This document shows positions 25,941 to 38,639 of a DNA stretch of 64,000 nucleotides, in pieces. The DNA comes from Octopus vulgaris (lineage: Eukaryota), in NCBI GenBank assembly GCA_951406725.2, contig OX597825.1, positions 12,648,001 to 12,712,000 on the forward strand, given 5' to 3'. The notes below the pieces were generated by a model, which had not been told where the DNA came from, ran no database searches, and saw nothing but the letters and a program-made list of their open reading frames with translations. Every line of letters starts with the position of its first letter. Within the stretch, counting starts at the first letter, position 1. The position numbers were made by a program, and so were the translations under genes.

Positions 25941-26927
25941 ACAAATCTAGACAGTAGCCACCGTTGATTCTTTTACTGCGCAGTTTTACTTCACTGCTTC
26001 ATTTCTCTTCTTCTTCATCACAAACTTGTCATCTCGCTACACAATCCATGCATTTTGATGCTTGTGTGACATTTTGCACTCTTCCTTTGTCAACAACTCA
26101 ATAGAAGTATGTTACTTTTAACTGGAACAAAATATTTGCCAGCTATAAAGAACTGTAAGTAGAGTGAATCTAAATGAAATATTATTTACCAAAATCTTCG
26201 ACGATTTATATAATTTAATTTCAGAACAACCTTCGTGTGTGTAGGTGGTAATCTGTGCGTGTATTTTACCGTTTTAAATATTGAAAGTATTTTAAGTACA
26301 AACATCCATTCAGCTATATGATCGTTCGTAAACACACAAACATGCATGTGATAGATAAACATATGTATAAGTAAATACGCATCTGTCCAGAAGGATATGA
26401 ACTTATAATACCACGTATATGGTCTTCCATCTCTATTATCTCCACAGAAATGCCATATGAAAATTTTCGTTTCTCTGAAGGAAATACGACTGTAAAAATA
26501 ACTGCCATTTCCTTCTGGCCATTAGCTGCTAGATTTCCAAAGACATGAGCATAACAACACCCATTTCACACATACACACTCACACACACAAACACACATA
26601 CACAGGCACACAAACACACTCGTCTTCTTCGATAAAATAGGGAGATAATAGAATAGTGCACGTAGAGAGACATTCGCCGTCAAATTGTGATTAACAAATC
26701 TATCAGTTCAGTGATTGGAGCGCGATTAAAGGAGACATCGCTTGATCGTCCGATGAAGAGGCTAATTGTTTCCATCAAAACCTAAAATGTATGATAGATT
26801 AAATGCATATATTCATATATATACACCGACAGAACTCACTTCCCCACTCACTCTGTCTTGGCACACAGACACATATACATATATGCACACAAACACACAC
26901 ATATACACACACACACAGATATATGTA

Positions 26928-26999
<72 letters not shown>

Positions 27000-27009
27000 T
27001 GCATGTATG

Positions 27010-27051
<42 letters not shown>

Positions 27052-27190
27052 TATGCGTATCCGCCATATTTTGGGAGATGTTTTCTTACATTAGGCGTCA
27101 GTGTTCATGACTATTTGTGTGATATATATATATATATATGTGTGCATATATATGTATATATATATATAAATATTATATATGTACATATAT

Positions 27191-27224
<34 letters not shown>

Positions 27225-27460
27225 CTCTAAGGGAAGAACGTCTCATCATTTCCATTATGTCAACATTATTCCATTAGATCTCCCATCAGACTAACCTCTT
27301 TACGAACGGGTTTCCCTGTCTCCTTTGCTATTTATACATCCTCACTTTTCTGTTTAATGTGTGAATAAAAGCGATTATTTGGACACCTGGTTCGAAACGT
27401 TCTTATATACGCCCACAACTATATACATACTTACACACAGGTATTTTTGTACATGTAGCA

Positions 27461-27510
<50 letters not shown>

Positions 27511-27720
27511 AACAAACACACATACTCAAACCGTGGGAGTGGAACACTTAAAATTCCCTGATGTACTAATTCGTGAACAATGGGTACTCAGCTGGATACT
27601 AGTCAGACCGCAGATACCTTAATTATATAAAGGTAAGAGTGTCGTTAAGGAATTCCACGTTAACCTTCGCCTAAGAGATGGTGGGCGGGAGACAGAGAAT
27701 GAATCAGAATTCTTAGTAAA

Positions 27721-28080
27721 AAATGTGAAGATAGGAAATGTCGAACATGCAACAACAACTTTAAATACTTAGAAATTCAAGGGCAGATCCTCGTTCAAAA
27801 TAAATGCAGATATGAACTGCAAAATGCAGAATCTCATATACCGCACTACCTCCGCCAACTGCAAAGAAGATTACTTTGGCGAAACAAATAATTATCTCTG
27901 CCAACGAGTAAGAATCCACAGTCACCACATCCGATAAGAGGAATTACGCAATTTTCCGGAAATATGCAGCGACAGAAAATTCAAAATCTTTCCTTTTTGT
28001 AAGTGTTCTCGGAATGACCCGCGATACCAAAAAGCAATGGAGCTACACTTCATAAAAAAATTCTTTGCAAAATTGAATGT
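27721..28080 (+). mobile_element. Penelope-like element GIY-YIG endonuclease remnant
   Basis: KCEDRKCRTC, then FKINADMNCKMQNLIYRTTSANCKEDYFGETNNYLCQRVRIHSHHIR*, then FKIFPFCK...MELHFIKKFFAKLN. Confidence 0.85.
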
Positions 28081-28139
28081 TCGAAAGAAAAGCAGAAAAT
28101 TTGCATTTTTGATAGTAAATGTAGCTTCAATATTGGAAA

Positions 28140-28985
28140 CATGATACTCATCTCTATAAATTTTCTGGTATATATATCTGGTATATGTATATATATATAT
28201 ATCCCGTGATCACGTGACCGACCAGACCATCAGATGTTGCTACACGTCGCTGGTCACAATGCGTTTGCATTGTTTTAGCCTTCAAATGACGCCACCCCGC
28301 TGTCTAAGCGAGCAGGCCAACAGAAGAAAGAGTGAGAGAAAGTTGTGCCAAAAGAGTACAGCAGGGATCGCCACCACCCCCTGCCGGAACCTCGTGGTGC
28401 TTTTAGTTGTTTTCGCTCAATAAACACTCAAAATGCCCGGTCTGGGAATCGAAGCCACGATCCTACGACCGCGACTCCGCTGCCCTACCCATATATAAAA
28501 CATTGGGATATTCTAACTTTACGTAGTTTTCTAATTTGTAAATAACGCTTGTTCGTGCAAAACATGTAATTGAAAGAAACCTGGCTTCATTTTTCAAACC
28601 AAAGTTACATAAAGTGCGAACGTAAAGGAAATCTCTTATAGACCTTATCTTTTTTCTGACTCCTCAGGGAAAGTAAAAACACTATTACTGTTGTTCCCAC
28701 TCCAATATTTATAGCACGATACTCATCTCTATAAAATTGGATTTTTATTTTTCTAATTTGTAAATATTATACTAATGTTTGTTCATGCAAAAACATGAAA
28801 TTAAACGAAAGCTGACTTTATTTTTCAATGCAAAATATTACTATTGTTTCTGATCCAATATTTATAACATGATACTCATGTCTATATCACTGGGTTTTAT
28901 TTTTCTAATTTCTAAATAGTTTACTAATGTTTTCTCTTGCAGAAGTATGAAATTAAAAGAAACCTGACTTTATTTTTCAATGTAA
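28140..28985. repeat. three-copy degenerate tandem repeat (150-200 bp), first unit interrupted by SINE-C
   Basis: ca(t/c)gatactcat.tctata recurs at about 28140, 28716 and 28868, and ttttctaatt..taaata...tgca recurs at about 28527, 28750 and 28901. Confidence 0.7.
28201..28492 (-). mobile_element. tRNA-derived SINE family C
   Basis: Minus-strand head gggtagggcagcggagtcgcggtcgtaggatcgtggcttcgattcccagaccggg has a B-box-like GCTTCGATTCC. Homologous to 59330-59500 and 34605. Confidence 0.8.
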
Positions 28986-29946
28986 AATGTCGAAATTTGA
29001 ATTCCCATTGTAAAACCGGAAGAAATACCGCCATGCATCTTGTCCACCGGGTTAAATTTTCTACCATCTTGCAGAATCAATACTTGTAGAGCAAATAATT
29101 AGATGACTTTCTTTTACGAAGCTTATAATACATTTTGAGAACTGTAATATTCTATGTTTCATGAGAGCTTGTGGCTTCATCCTGGGCTGGATATGGTCTC
29201 TCCTTTCAAGCATGCTCCAGAGTATAACTCTATATGCATATTACTTCATATATAGGGTTCTATATTGAGCAATGTAAAAGAAGTGATTACGTTACATGTC
29301 CTTCTTCCCTCAGAAGTAAACTGGTTAGCTAAACATCAGCTTTAAGACCGGCCATCTTATTAAATATATACAAATATAGTTTTAATTATTATCTTTATCT
29401 TTCTTAATGCTTTGTTGTTCAGATGACATTGCGTAACATACATTAGCAGTGATGACGTAAGAGAAAGGCAAGAATATCAGAAATACTTGAAATACTTTTA
29501 ACTTCAATTGTCGTGTAATTAGGTCTGAGGGTGGCGTAAATATGATTATTAGCGAAGATGGCTCTGTGACAAGTTGTTAAATAAGCAAATAGAATCCTAC
29601 AACTGCCACAGATTACAAGATGGAATTAATCAGTAATTAAAATGCCTCTAGTGCTTAATTACAGTCCAATCCTTGAAAGCATTTTTAAGGTTCCATGCAA
29701 TTAATTTAGATAAATGCTTTATTGGCACAGCTTCTAGTGTGGGCTAAACTTCAATTATATATGTGTGTATATATGTATATACCTACGTATCCAATCTATG
29801 TATTTCTATATATGAATGTACGTGTATTACATATCTCTACGTCGGCATAGATATGTATATACATAGATAGATATATACATACATGGGTACACACATAGGA
29901 ACACACACGCACGTATATGTCTAGGTTTACATAAATTCATAAATAT

Positions 29947-30021
<75 letters not shown>

Positions 30022-30110
30022 TATAGATACATAATTTATATGTGTGTGTGTATACACTTGCATTTACATACACTTAATTACATATATATATATATATATA
30101 CATATATGTG

Positions 30111-30161
<51 letters not shown>

Positions 30162-30587
30162 ATATATATATATATGTATGTATGTTTGTGTACGCGGTGA
30201 CTAGTTTAAGCAACCTTGTTTCTTAATTGATTCAGTATCTAATTCTATAGCTTTTCAATTGAATAATTCATAAATATCGGAGTTACTACTGCTTCTACCC
30301 GAGGCGAGGTATTAGAAATTTCAAAACAGGGAAGTAGATTTATTTTTAAGTGATAATTTCGTGGAAGATTAATGGGAGACATTACAGTTTCGATTAATTA
30401 AAACTTAATTACATGTCATGTCTAGAAGTGATACGATATTTTTTTACAACAAATCACCGAAACAGTAGACCAGTATTGGAATTCATTCTCTCCCGTTCTT
30501 CATGTCGTAACTTCACCAAACTGCGTCCTCATCCAGTATCCAAGACATATCGGTTCAAATATATCGTGTAAACGGTTTTATCGAAAC

Positions 30588-30821
30588 GCGGCGAGCTGGC
30601 AGAAACGTTAGCACACAGAACGAAACGCTTAGCGGTATTTCGTCTGCCGTTACGTTCTGAGATCAAATTCCGCCGAGGTCGACTTTGCCTTTCATCCTTC
30701 CGGGGTCGATAAATTAAGTGCCAGTTACGCACTGGGGTCGATGTGATCGACGTAATCCGTTTGTCTGTCCTTGTTTGTCCTCTCTGTGTTTAGCCCCTTG
30801 TGGGTAGTAAAGATATAGGTA
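30588..30821 (+). mobile_element. SINE family B monomer
   Basis: Consensus match. TTATCGAAACGC is duplicated on both sides (about 30578 and 30823). Confidence 0.9.
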
Positions 30822-30884
30822 TTATCGAAACGCCCTTTAAACATACAAATAGCAATGAATATAAATACGTATAAAAGTATACAT

Positions 30885-31036
30885 TGGCTGTGTGGTAAGT
30901 AGCTCGTTTACGAACCACGTGGTTCCGGGTTCAGTCCCACTGCGTGGCACCTTGGTCAAGTGTATTCTACTATAGCCTCATGCCCACCAAAGCTATGTGA
31001 GTGGATTTGGTAGACGGAAACTGAAAGTAGCCCGTC

Positions 31037-31088
<52 letters not shown>

Positions 31089-31326
31089 GTATATGCATGA
31101 ATGTATGTTTGTGGATATGTTTCTGCGTCTCTGTTTGTCCCCAAACATCGCTTGACAACCGATGCTGGTGTTTACATACCCGTAACCTAGCGGTTCGGCA
31201 AAAGAGACCGATAGAATAAGTACTATACTTACAAAGAATAAGTTCTGGGTTTGATTTGCTTGACTAAAGTCTGTGCTCCATCATGGGCACAGTCACATGA
31301 CTGAAACTAGTAAAGGATTAAAGAGT
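30885..31326 (+). mobile_element. SINE family A
   Basis: Head, internal (TA)n tract and tail are all present. Confidence 0.88.
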
Positions 31327-31340
31327 ATATATATATATAT

Positions 31341-31400
31341 ATAACCGAAGAGATGGTGGTGTGGATTTCTAACTCGACATCCGAAACTCAGAGTTTTATC
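31341..31400 (+). ncRNA. hammerhead-like motif, paralogue of 20764 (core CCGAAGA)
   Basis: ATAA CCGAAGA gatggtggtgt GGAT-ttctaactcgac-ATCC GAAA CTC a GAG TT TTATC. Confidence 0.5.
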
Positions 31401-31582
31401 TTGGCTATTGAATAATTGTCACATATTATTTTACAGATAAATTTCCTCTATTTACATAATATTGAGGTCTCTTTCTTTCTTTTGTTATCTTACCGTTTTA
31501 CCAATTTATACATATGTGTGTGGTGTGTGTGTGTGTGGCTATCACCCAAGCAGCGTGAGTTCGATCCCCGGTATCAGAACGC

Positions 31583-31637
<55 letters not shown>

Positions 31638-31714
31638 ACGCACTTCTATGTACAACTGAAGAATTCCATCCTAAGTGTGTCAAGAAAACGGCGTAAGCGG
31701 GAAGTGTGCGTGAA

Positions 31715-32110
31715 GTAATGGTGTGGGCCACGTTCAGCATCTTAGATGTTGGTGACTGACTGAACAGTGTAGGCTATCTGCAATTAGTAAATGAAAATGT
31801 GCTGCCATATCTAATCACATGTCACCGGGATCTATTTTCTATTGCTCCGTTCATAGGACCACGAAAGTTTTGCAATAGCTCGAACGCAATAATATGGTAG
31901 CTATTGAGTGGCCTCCGCAGAGTCCGGACTGGAATCCTATAGAAAATTTATGTAATTATATTTCTAAATGAGTTCTTGCTAAAAAATCATCAAATTTGTC
32001 CCAATTATATAATTTAATTGAAGAAATATGGTAGAACACCCCAAGTGATTTTTGTGCTCATTTGTCAAACTCCATGTCCCGCCATTGTAAGGCCAGAATT
32101 AAAACGAATG
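31715..32110 (+). mobile_element. Tc1-type transposase remnant
   Basis: VMVWATFS at 31715, EWPPQSPDWNPIENL at 31906, and C-terminal LSNSMSRHCKARIK. Confidence 0.8.
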
Positions 32111-32865
32111 ACTTTAGGACCAGATACTAATAATAATGTGTTTTTATGGAAGAATCAAGAAGGACAAATATTGACATACTATGTGCGTTCAGTTGTTTTC
32201 ATGAGCAGAATTGCTGAATGTATTTGAAAAAGTGTGGATATTAATTGATGAGAAGCGTAGTTACATGGAATGAAGTAATAAATATAACGAGCGACAGTGA
32301 AGGACTAGTTGCAATGCAAAACAAAAAAGAATGGTAAAGATTAGGAAAAAAAGACCGAGAAAACTTACGAGTTTTGCTGGAGAAGAAAAGTTCTTCAACA
32401 TTTTCTCTATACTGGTGAAAACAATGAGCTGACAAACCTTTCATAAAACGTTCAGAGAATTGAAAGGAGTTTTGTAAGCAAATAGGAACTAGTAAAAACA
32501 TTTTTTTTTTATTATGCTGAATCACAAGAATAAGCATAAGAAATGCATTACATGTTTGCTTACCTGTAGGCTTCACACACCGACAGGTGACAACATGCCG
32601 ACGGGTATGTATTCATTAATTCTTTTTAAGGAAGAAGGATTGTAGGAGATGAAACAAATATACATAAGTGATGACATTTATTTTTTCTGGAAAGATCATA
32701 CAGGTTAAGACAAAAAGTACGTTGCTCAATTCATCAACAGCAAATCATAGACTAATGGTCGATGTGTAAAGAGTGAAAAAAAATATATGTATGTAATAAA
32801 GAGAATTGAAATATCGAAGCTGCTCACAATTATGATGAATTATAAGATATCTTTCATATCCTCTT

Positions 32866-33047
32866 TGTTCTGTCATTTTGACTGGGGCCACGCTGGAGCA
32901 CCGCATTCAGTTGAAAACATCGACCCGAGGACGTAATCTTTGTAAGCCTATTACTTATTCTATCGGTTACTTTTGCCGAAACTGCTAAGTTACGGGGATG
33001 TTAATACACCAACATCGGTTTTCAAGTAATAATGGGGGACAAACACA

Positions 33048-33143
<96 letters not shown>

Positions 33144-33380
33144 TATATGTAAATCCATACTCTATACTTATGTAGAGTACAAATTAATTATTCCTAAACA
33201 AGAATATTATTCACAGTGACTTTCAAGTTTCGGCCAGGTAGTCTATCGTGAGTTTCTCTCTGTCAAATTTGCTAAGCTATTGGTCTTTTGGTGTACTGTT
33301 GAAGATACTTCCCCGGGGTGCCGTGCAAAGGGAGGAAACTCGGAATCAGGATGTGGTTGTAAATTGAGCGTCTTAAATCA
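32866..33380 (-). mobile_element. diverged SINE family A
   Basis: ggccacgctggagcaccgc...tattctatcgg...gggacaaacacagac, with a degenerate head at about 33290-33380. Confidence 0.7.
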
Positions 33381-33575
33381 CACATTAAAATTACATTTGG
33401 CAGTAAGACAATTTCTGTTCATGCTCGGAAATGTAAACGATTAAATTAATGCTGAAATATAATAGCTCTGGATATCAGGAAATATTTTACCTGTAAGAGA
33501 TTTAGAAAGATCTCAGTTAACAACACAAGCATGTTGTTTACTTTAAATTATACATATATTCACAAAGTATATTCA

Positions 33576-33577
<2 letters not shown>

Positions 33578-33617
<40 letters not shown>

Positions 33618-33630
33618 ATGATGGGCTTCA

Positions 33631-33673
<43 letters not shown>

Positions 33674-33684
33674 GATGGGCTTCA

Positions 33685-33724
<40 letters not shown>

Positions 33725-33737
33725 TGATGGGCTTCAG

Positions 33738-33771
<34 letters not shown>

Positions 33772-33784
33772 ATGATGGGCTTCA

Positions 33785-33833
<49 letters not shown>

Positions 33834-33842
33834 ATGATGGGC

Positions 33843-33886
<44 letters not shown>

Positions 33887-33899
33887 ATGATGGGCTTCA

Positions 33900-33942
<43 letters not shown>

Positions 33943-33955
33943 ATGATGGGCTTCA

Positions 33956-34000
<45 letters not shown>

Positions 34001-34017
34001 TATAATGATGGGCTTCA

Positions 34018-34058
<41 letters not shown>

Positions 34059-34071
34059 ATGATGGGCTTCA

Positions 34072-34109
<38 letters not shown>

Positions 34110-34130
34110 CACATATAATGATGGGCTCCA

Positions 34131-34164
<34 letters not shown>

Positions 34165-34179
34165 CATATAATGATGGGC

Positions 34180-34221
<42 letters not shown>

Positions 34222-34232
34222 ATGATGGGCTG
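33578..34232. repeat. minisatellite: 12 copies of (ca)catATAATGATGGGCTTCAg separated by variable (TA)n
   Basis: 12 cores counted between 33615 and 34231. Confidence 0.95.
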
Positions 34233-34241
34233 TGATGTATG

Positions 34242-34282
<41 letters not shown>

Positions 34283-34315
34283 GTGTATATATATATATAT
34301 ATATATGTGCGTGTG

Positions 34316-34346
<31 letters not shown>

Positions 34347-34604
34347 CATATATATATATATATATATATACACATACATATATAATAGTGGGTTTCAGTT
34401 TCCTTCTGCTAATTCCACTCACAAAGCTACATCAGAAGGCATTTTCTCAAGCTGCCATGCAGTGGCACTGAACGCAGTGCCATTTGGTTAGGAAGCATGT
34501 CTCTTACTATAGAACCTCTTCGTGTGTACACCTATAAAATATTCCAAAGGTCTCTCGGCAGTAACTATTCTATTGCAAAACAAGTATTTATAAGATGGTC
34601 TTCG

Positions 34605-34897
34605 TTTCCCAGACCGGGCGTTGCGAGCGTTTATTGAGCGAAAACACTTAAAGCTACATGTTTCACCGCAACCTTCTCTCACAATCTTCTCTCACTCTTT
34701 CTTATTGTTTCTGTTGTACCTGTATTTCAATGGGCCAGCCTTGTCACACTTTGTATCATGCTGAATCTCTCCGAGAACTACGTTAAGGGTACACTTGTCT
34801 ATGGAGTGCTCAGCCACTTGCATGTTAATATTACGAGCAGGCTGTTCCATTGATCAGATCAACTGGAACCCTCGTCGTCGTAACCGACGGGATACCA
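34605..34897 (+). mobile_element. chimeric SINE (family C 5' part + family D 3' part)
   Basis: The 5' part cccagaccgggcgttg...tttattgagcgaaaacac matches family C. The 3' part matches 14097-14278. Confidence 0.7.
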
Positions 34898-34920
34898 CGC
34901 ATAAGATGGTATAAGACTAC

Positions 34921-35135
34921 AAGGCGTCGAGCGGGCGAAATGCTTAGCGGTATTGCCGTCTGCCGTTACGTTCTGAGTTCAAATTCCGCCAAGGTCGACT
35001 TTGCCTTTCATCCTTTCGGGGTCGATAAAGTGAGTACCAGTTGCGCACTGGTCGATGTAATCGACTTAATTACCTATGTCTGTCCTTGTGTGTCCCCTCT
35101 GTCCTTAGCCCCTTGTGGGTAATAAAGAAATAGGT
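34921..35135 (+). mobile_element. SINE family B monomer
   Basis: TSD GGTATAAGACTACAA at 34908-34922 and 35133-35147. Confidence 0.9.
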
Positions 35136-35212
35136 ATAAGACTACAAAAGAATATATTAGACATTACAAGACTTTAAAAAACTTTATGAGTTGAAAATGT
35201 CATCCTTTCTTT

Positions 35213-35693
35213 TCAATACATAAAATTTAACTTCTTTTTTATTGCCGTGTCAGCACTTCCTAGGCGGATTTCCGTTTCCTGTGAGAATTTACGTAAGGAC
35301 TCTGACGGGCTTGCCAACAGTTTATCAGAAATATTGGAGAGTGTTTCGTCTAAAAGAACAGTAAGCCTACCGCTTCTTGCTGCGTCTTCCACATAGCCTG
35401 TGTTTCTAAATGTTCTTATCAAATCCCTCACAGAGTGTCACGATGTGGAACAGCAGTATTTGGAAAAGTTTTCCTGAACGTCTGTTTAACAATATCTGTG
35501 TATTTGTTTCCAGCTCGAAACACGCATTCAACTAAAAACGTACGTTCTTCAATGGTTAGCATGTCGTTACGCTGAAAGGTACACAATGACAAAGGGACAA
35601 TGGCTGACATCCGACCGCCCACGCAGTGATAGCAAAGTTGCGCATGCGCAGGATGAAAAGAAAACACTGCGGACAAACTTTTTGAACACTCTG
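35213..35693 (-). mobile_element. 5' end of a Tc1/mariner-superfamily transposon (TIR plus frameshifted HTH N-terminus)
   Basis: Terminus TA|CAGAGTGTTCAAAAAGT. Translation MLTIEERTFLVECVF...FPNTAVPHRDT / RDLIRTFRNTGYVEDAARSGR...SPSESLRKFSQE. Confidence 0.8.
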
Positions 35694-36442
35694 TACATTC
35701 GTGTGTATGTATTTAATTACCTCATAAATTAGGAATGTTAGCGAGTCTAACTAAACTACTAGTTCAGTGAGATATCTAGATTTAAGTATTTAATTTTCGA
35801 TATAAACTAAATTCTTCAGATGATGAGTTCTGCAATTCCTTCCAAATCTTGCATACATAGAATATTTCTTCTTATCAAGAAAACATTTTAATGTAATATT
35901 AATTATATGATTCCTATTCTGCAATCTGAGCTCGAAAGTTAATACATGCCAAGTGTTTTTTAATTCAATTTTATTCCGTGTGTGTGAGAGGCTCTATAAA
36001 CTCCAGCAAAGACTGTAAACGGATAAAATATTTCGCTTAATTTTCTTACCGTCGGATTTGAACAATTTTTTAAAACCCGGTTAAGAACTTATGCTTAGCA
36101 AATCTGTACTTTGATTCACTAAAATAACCCTGTCAGAAGATGATGTGTATCAAGCCCAGCAGTTTATTATATGTGTATATGATTTTTAATATATATAATG
36201 AAAGCTACTTGTAGCGTTACCAGAAAACACTCGCTTTATGTTTTATAACAGGTATTTTATATGAAATATATAAAGATTATAAATGTCTTGTTCGTAGTCT
36301 CAGTTGCAGTTCTATGTATACTGTGTGTTCAACCAAATATCGAAGTACACATGCACCCATGCTTAAGCAGAAATACACAGGCTAAGGCATACATACATGT
36401 CGAAGAGCGTAACGTAAAACACTTTTCCAGTGTTCCCAAGCG

Positions 36443-36479
<37 letters not shown>

Positions 36480-36907
36480 CAACTAATGAGGGTGAGAAAG
36501 TTGCATACTAATAATAGTACATCCATTTAACACCAAGTGGCTTAGTGCATATAAAACCCGGATTTTCATACATTTTATACATAAATATAAGCGAATGCAA
36601 TTGGCTGGACCACACGTGCGTTTATCGTGTTGGTAAAGTCTAGCGTGCGGTCGAGTTAATTGTATTCTGAATGGGTTCGGCCGAGGAGCTACAAATAAAG
36701 GTATATTATGTGAGTAAAATTACATAATTTATTAATTTATTAATAGCGAAACAATTGTCCCGAACTAATTTGATTTTTTGTTATGTTTATTTGCCCTGTC
36801 TGCGCCAGTAGTTGTGCTAATATTCATCGGAAACATTTTTTATGTGACTGAAGCCCAACGGATCTATTTTTAGTGCTAGAGTAGACCACATAGTGGTCGC
36901 TCTCTTA

Positions 36908-36968
<61 letters not shown>

Positions 36969-38105
36969 TTATATAGTATATATATATATATAGTTAACTA
37001 TTCTGTTATGGTAAGATCAACAAAAACACCAAAATATACTTCATCTAACGAATGACAAATATCATTTAATATACACTGTAAAAAGATGCGAGATATTAAT
37101 AGTCTCTTGCTGAGAAACACGTCGCTTCACAGTAAGAAAATATGAGCAACTCTTATGTATATTTTGTTCATTAAATAATGTGTGTGTGTGTGTAGGCATT
37201 TGGCTCAATTGTGAGCGCACTACAATTGAAAGTTTTATGAGTATCAGTTATTTAAAATTCAGCGTGTTATTACATTGTAGTAAATTCAGAGTAAATCAGA
37301 ACTGCATGTAAATGATTGATTCGATAAAACGATCGTTAAAAGTAACATATTCAGAATGAAACCACAAATGAATAAATATCACAAAACGTTCAATTTAGAT
37401 GTGTTCAACAGCTGTTTCATTAAGATAAACATGGTTAAATGAATGAGCACATAATACATACTAAGTTGATTAAAACTTCATTGGGGGAATTAAATTTAAT
37501 TTTAATAATTTGTTTGCACAAGCCATTAGCTACAGTATATTATTTGTTATTTTAACATTGCATAATTTTCCTCATGATTTGGGTAAACACAGCTTTTAAA
37601 CTAATGTCAATTGATCTAATTAAAATCAATTAATTATGTATGTTGTACATTTTAATGAAAATCTGTTTAATACAAACATTGAGTTTTATGTAAACATTAA
37701 GTTTTTTTACTGTTTATAATCTCTCCCCACATCACTCACACGAAAATATATATGTGTATATATGAGATAAATAAATTTATATCAAATTTATTCGTGTGTA
37801 TTGGTGTGTGTGTGTGTGTGTGTGCAGTCATACATAAAGCCATCCTTCTGTCTCTATATATACGTGTACATGAAGAGACATAAACACATTTGTGAAACTA
37901 GAGATGTCAGCGGCTGGGAAAGATGTGTTACTATGTTTCACTGCAATGTTACTTTATTTCACTCGTAATTAAATTGAAAATACACATGTTTAGGTTTAGT
38001 AAGGTTTCTTAGTGTGTTAATAGCGACAATTACAGCAATTGTAATCATAGTGACGATAATAATAATGCAGCATAGAGAGAGAGACAGACAGAGTAATATA
38101 TATAT

Positions 38106-38312
38106 GTTACGGAGATGTACTCGCATAGCAAGTGATTTGATCTGAGATCGTGTGCTGGAACGAAAACAATTGCAGCGTGGAAGGTATTTGTAAGCCATTT
38201 AAGAAACACACAAAAGCCGTTCGATTCACTTCAACATTTAAGTTTAATTTGTCAAAATATTTTCGTCGTTAAGATCCGCGACCTGTTCACTGGCAAAAAT
38301 CCGTGCTGCAAT
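38106..38312 (-). mobile_element. short element in a (TA)n context carrying a hammerhead-like motif (PLE-terminal-repeat-like)
   Basis: Block of about 200 bp bounded by TA repeats that contains the motif at 38248-38297. Confidence 0.5.
38248..38297 (-). ncRNA. hammerhead-like motif with G3-C8 covariant core
   Basis: Minus strand reads TTTGCCA GTGAACA G GTCG-cggatcttaa-CGAC GAAA ATAT TT TGACAAA. Confidence 0.65.
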
Positions 38313-38639
38313 TGTTTATATATATATATATATATGTGTATATATATATATACAGAGAGAGAGAGAGGGGGGAGTGGTCAAGAACACTTGAGGAGGAAAT
38401 ATGTTTTGGGGCTCTGCTTAGCATAGTTTAACGAGACAGCAAATGTTGATAATAGTAAAATAGACGTGACAAATCTGAGAGTTCTCTCTCAGACAATCTC
38501 AGACAAAATTTAGAGCATAAGTGCCTGTGTGATAAATCTTTAATAGATGAATGAATCAATGAATATGTTGGGTTAATGAAATGCGTGATGATGAAGATCT
38601 TCATAATAATGATAATAATTAAGATGATGATGATGATGC

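Noticed and set aside
26745-26796. Hammerhead-like CCGATGAAGAGG...CCTAAAATGT
   Set aside because: The GAAA half and stem III are too degraded to call.
33578-34232. CRISPR-like repeat-spacer appearance
   Set aside because: The spacers are only (TA)n, there are no cas genes, and the context is eukaryotic.
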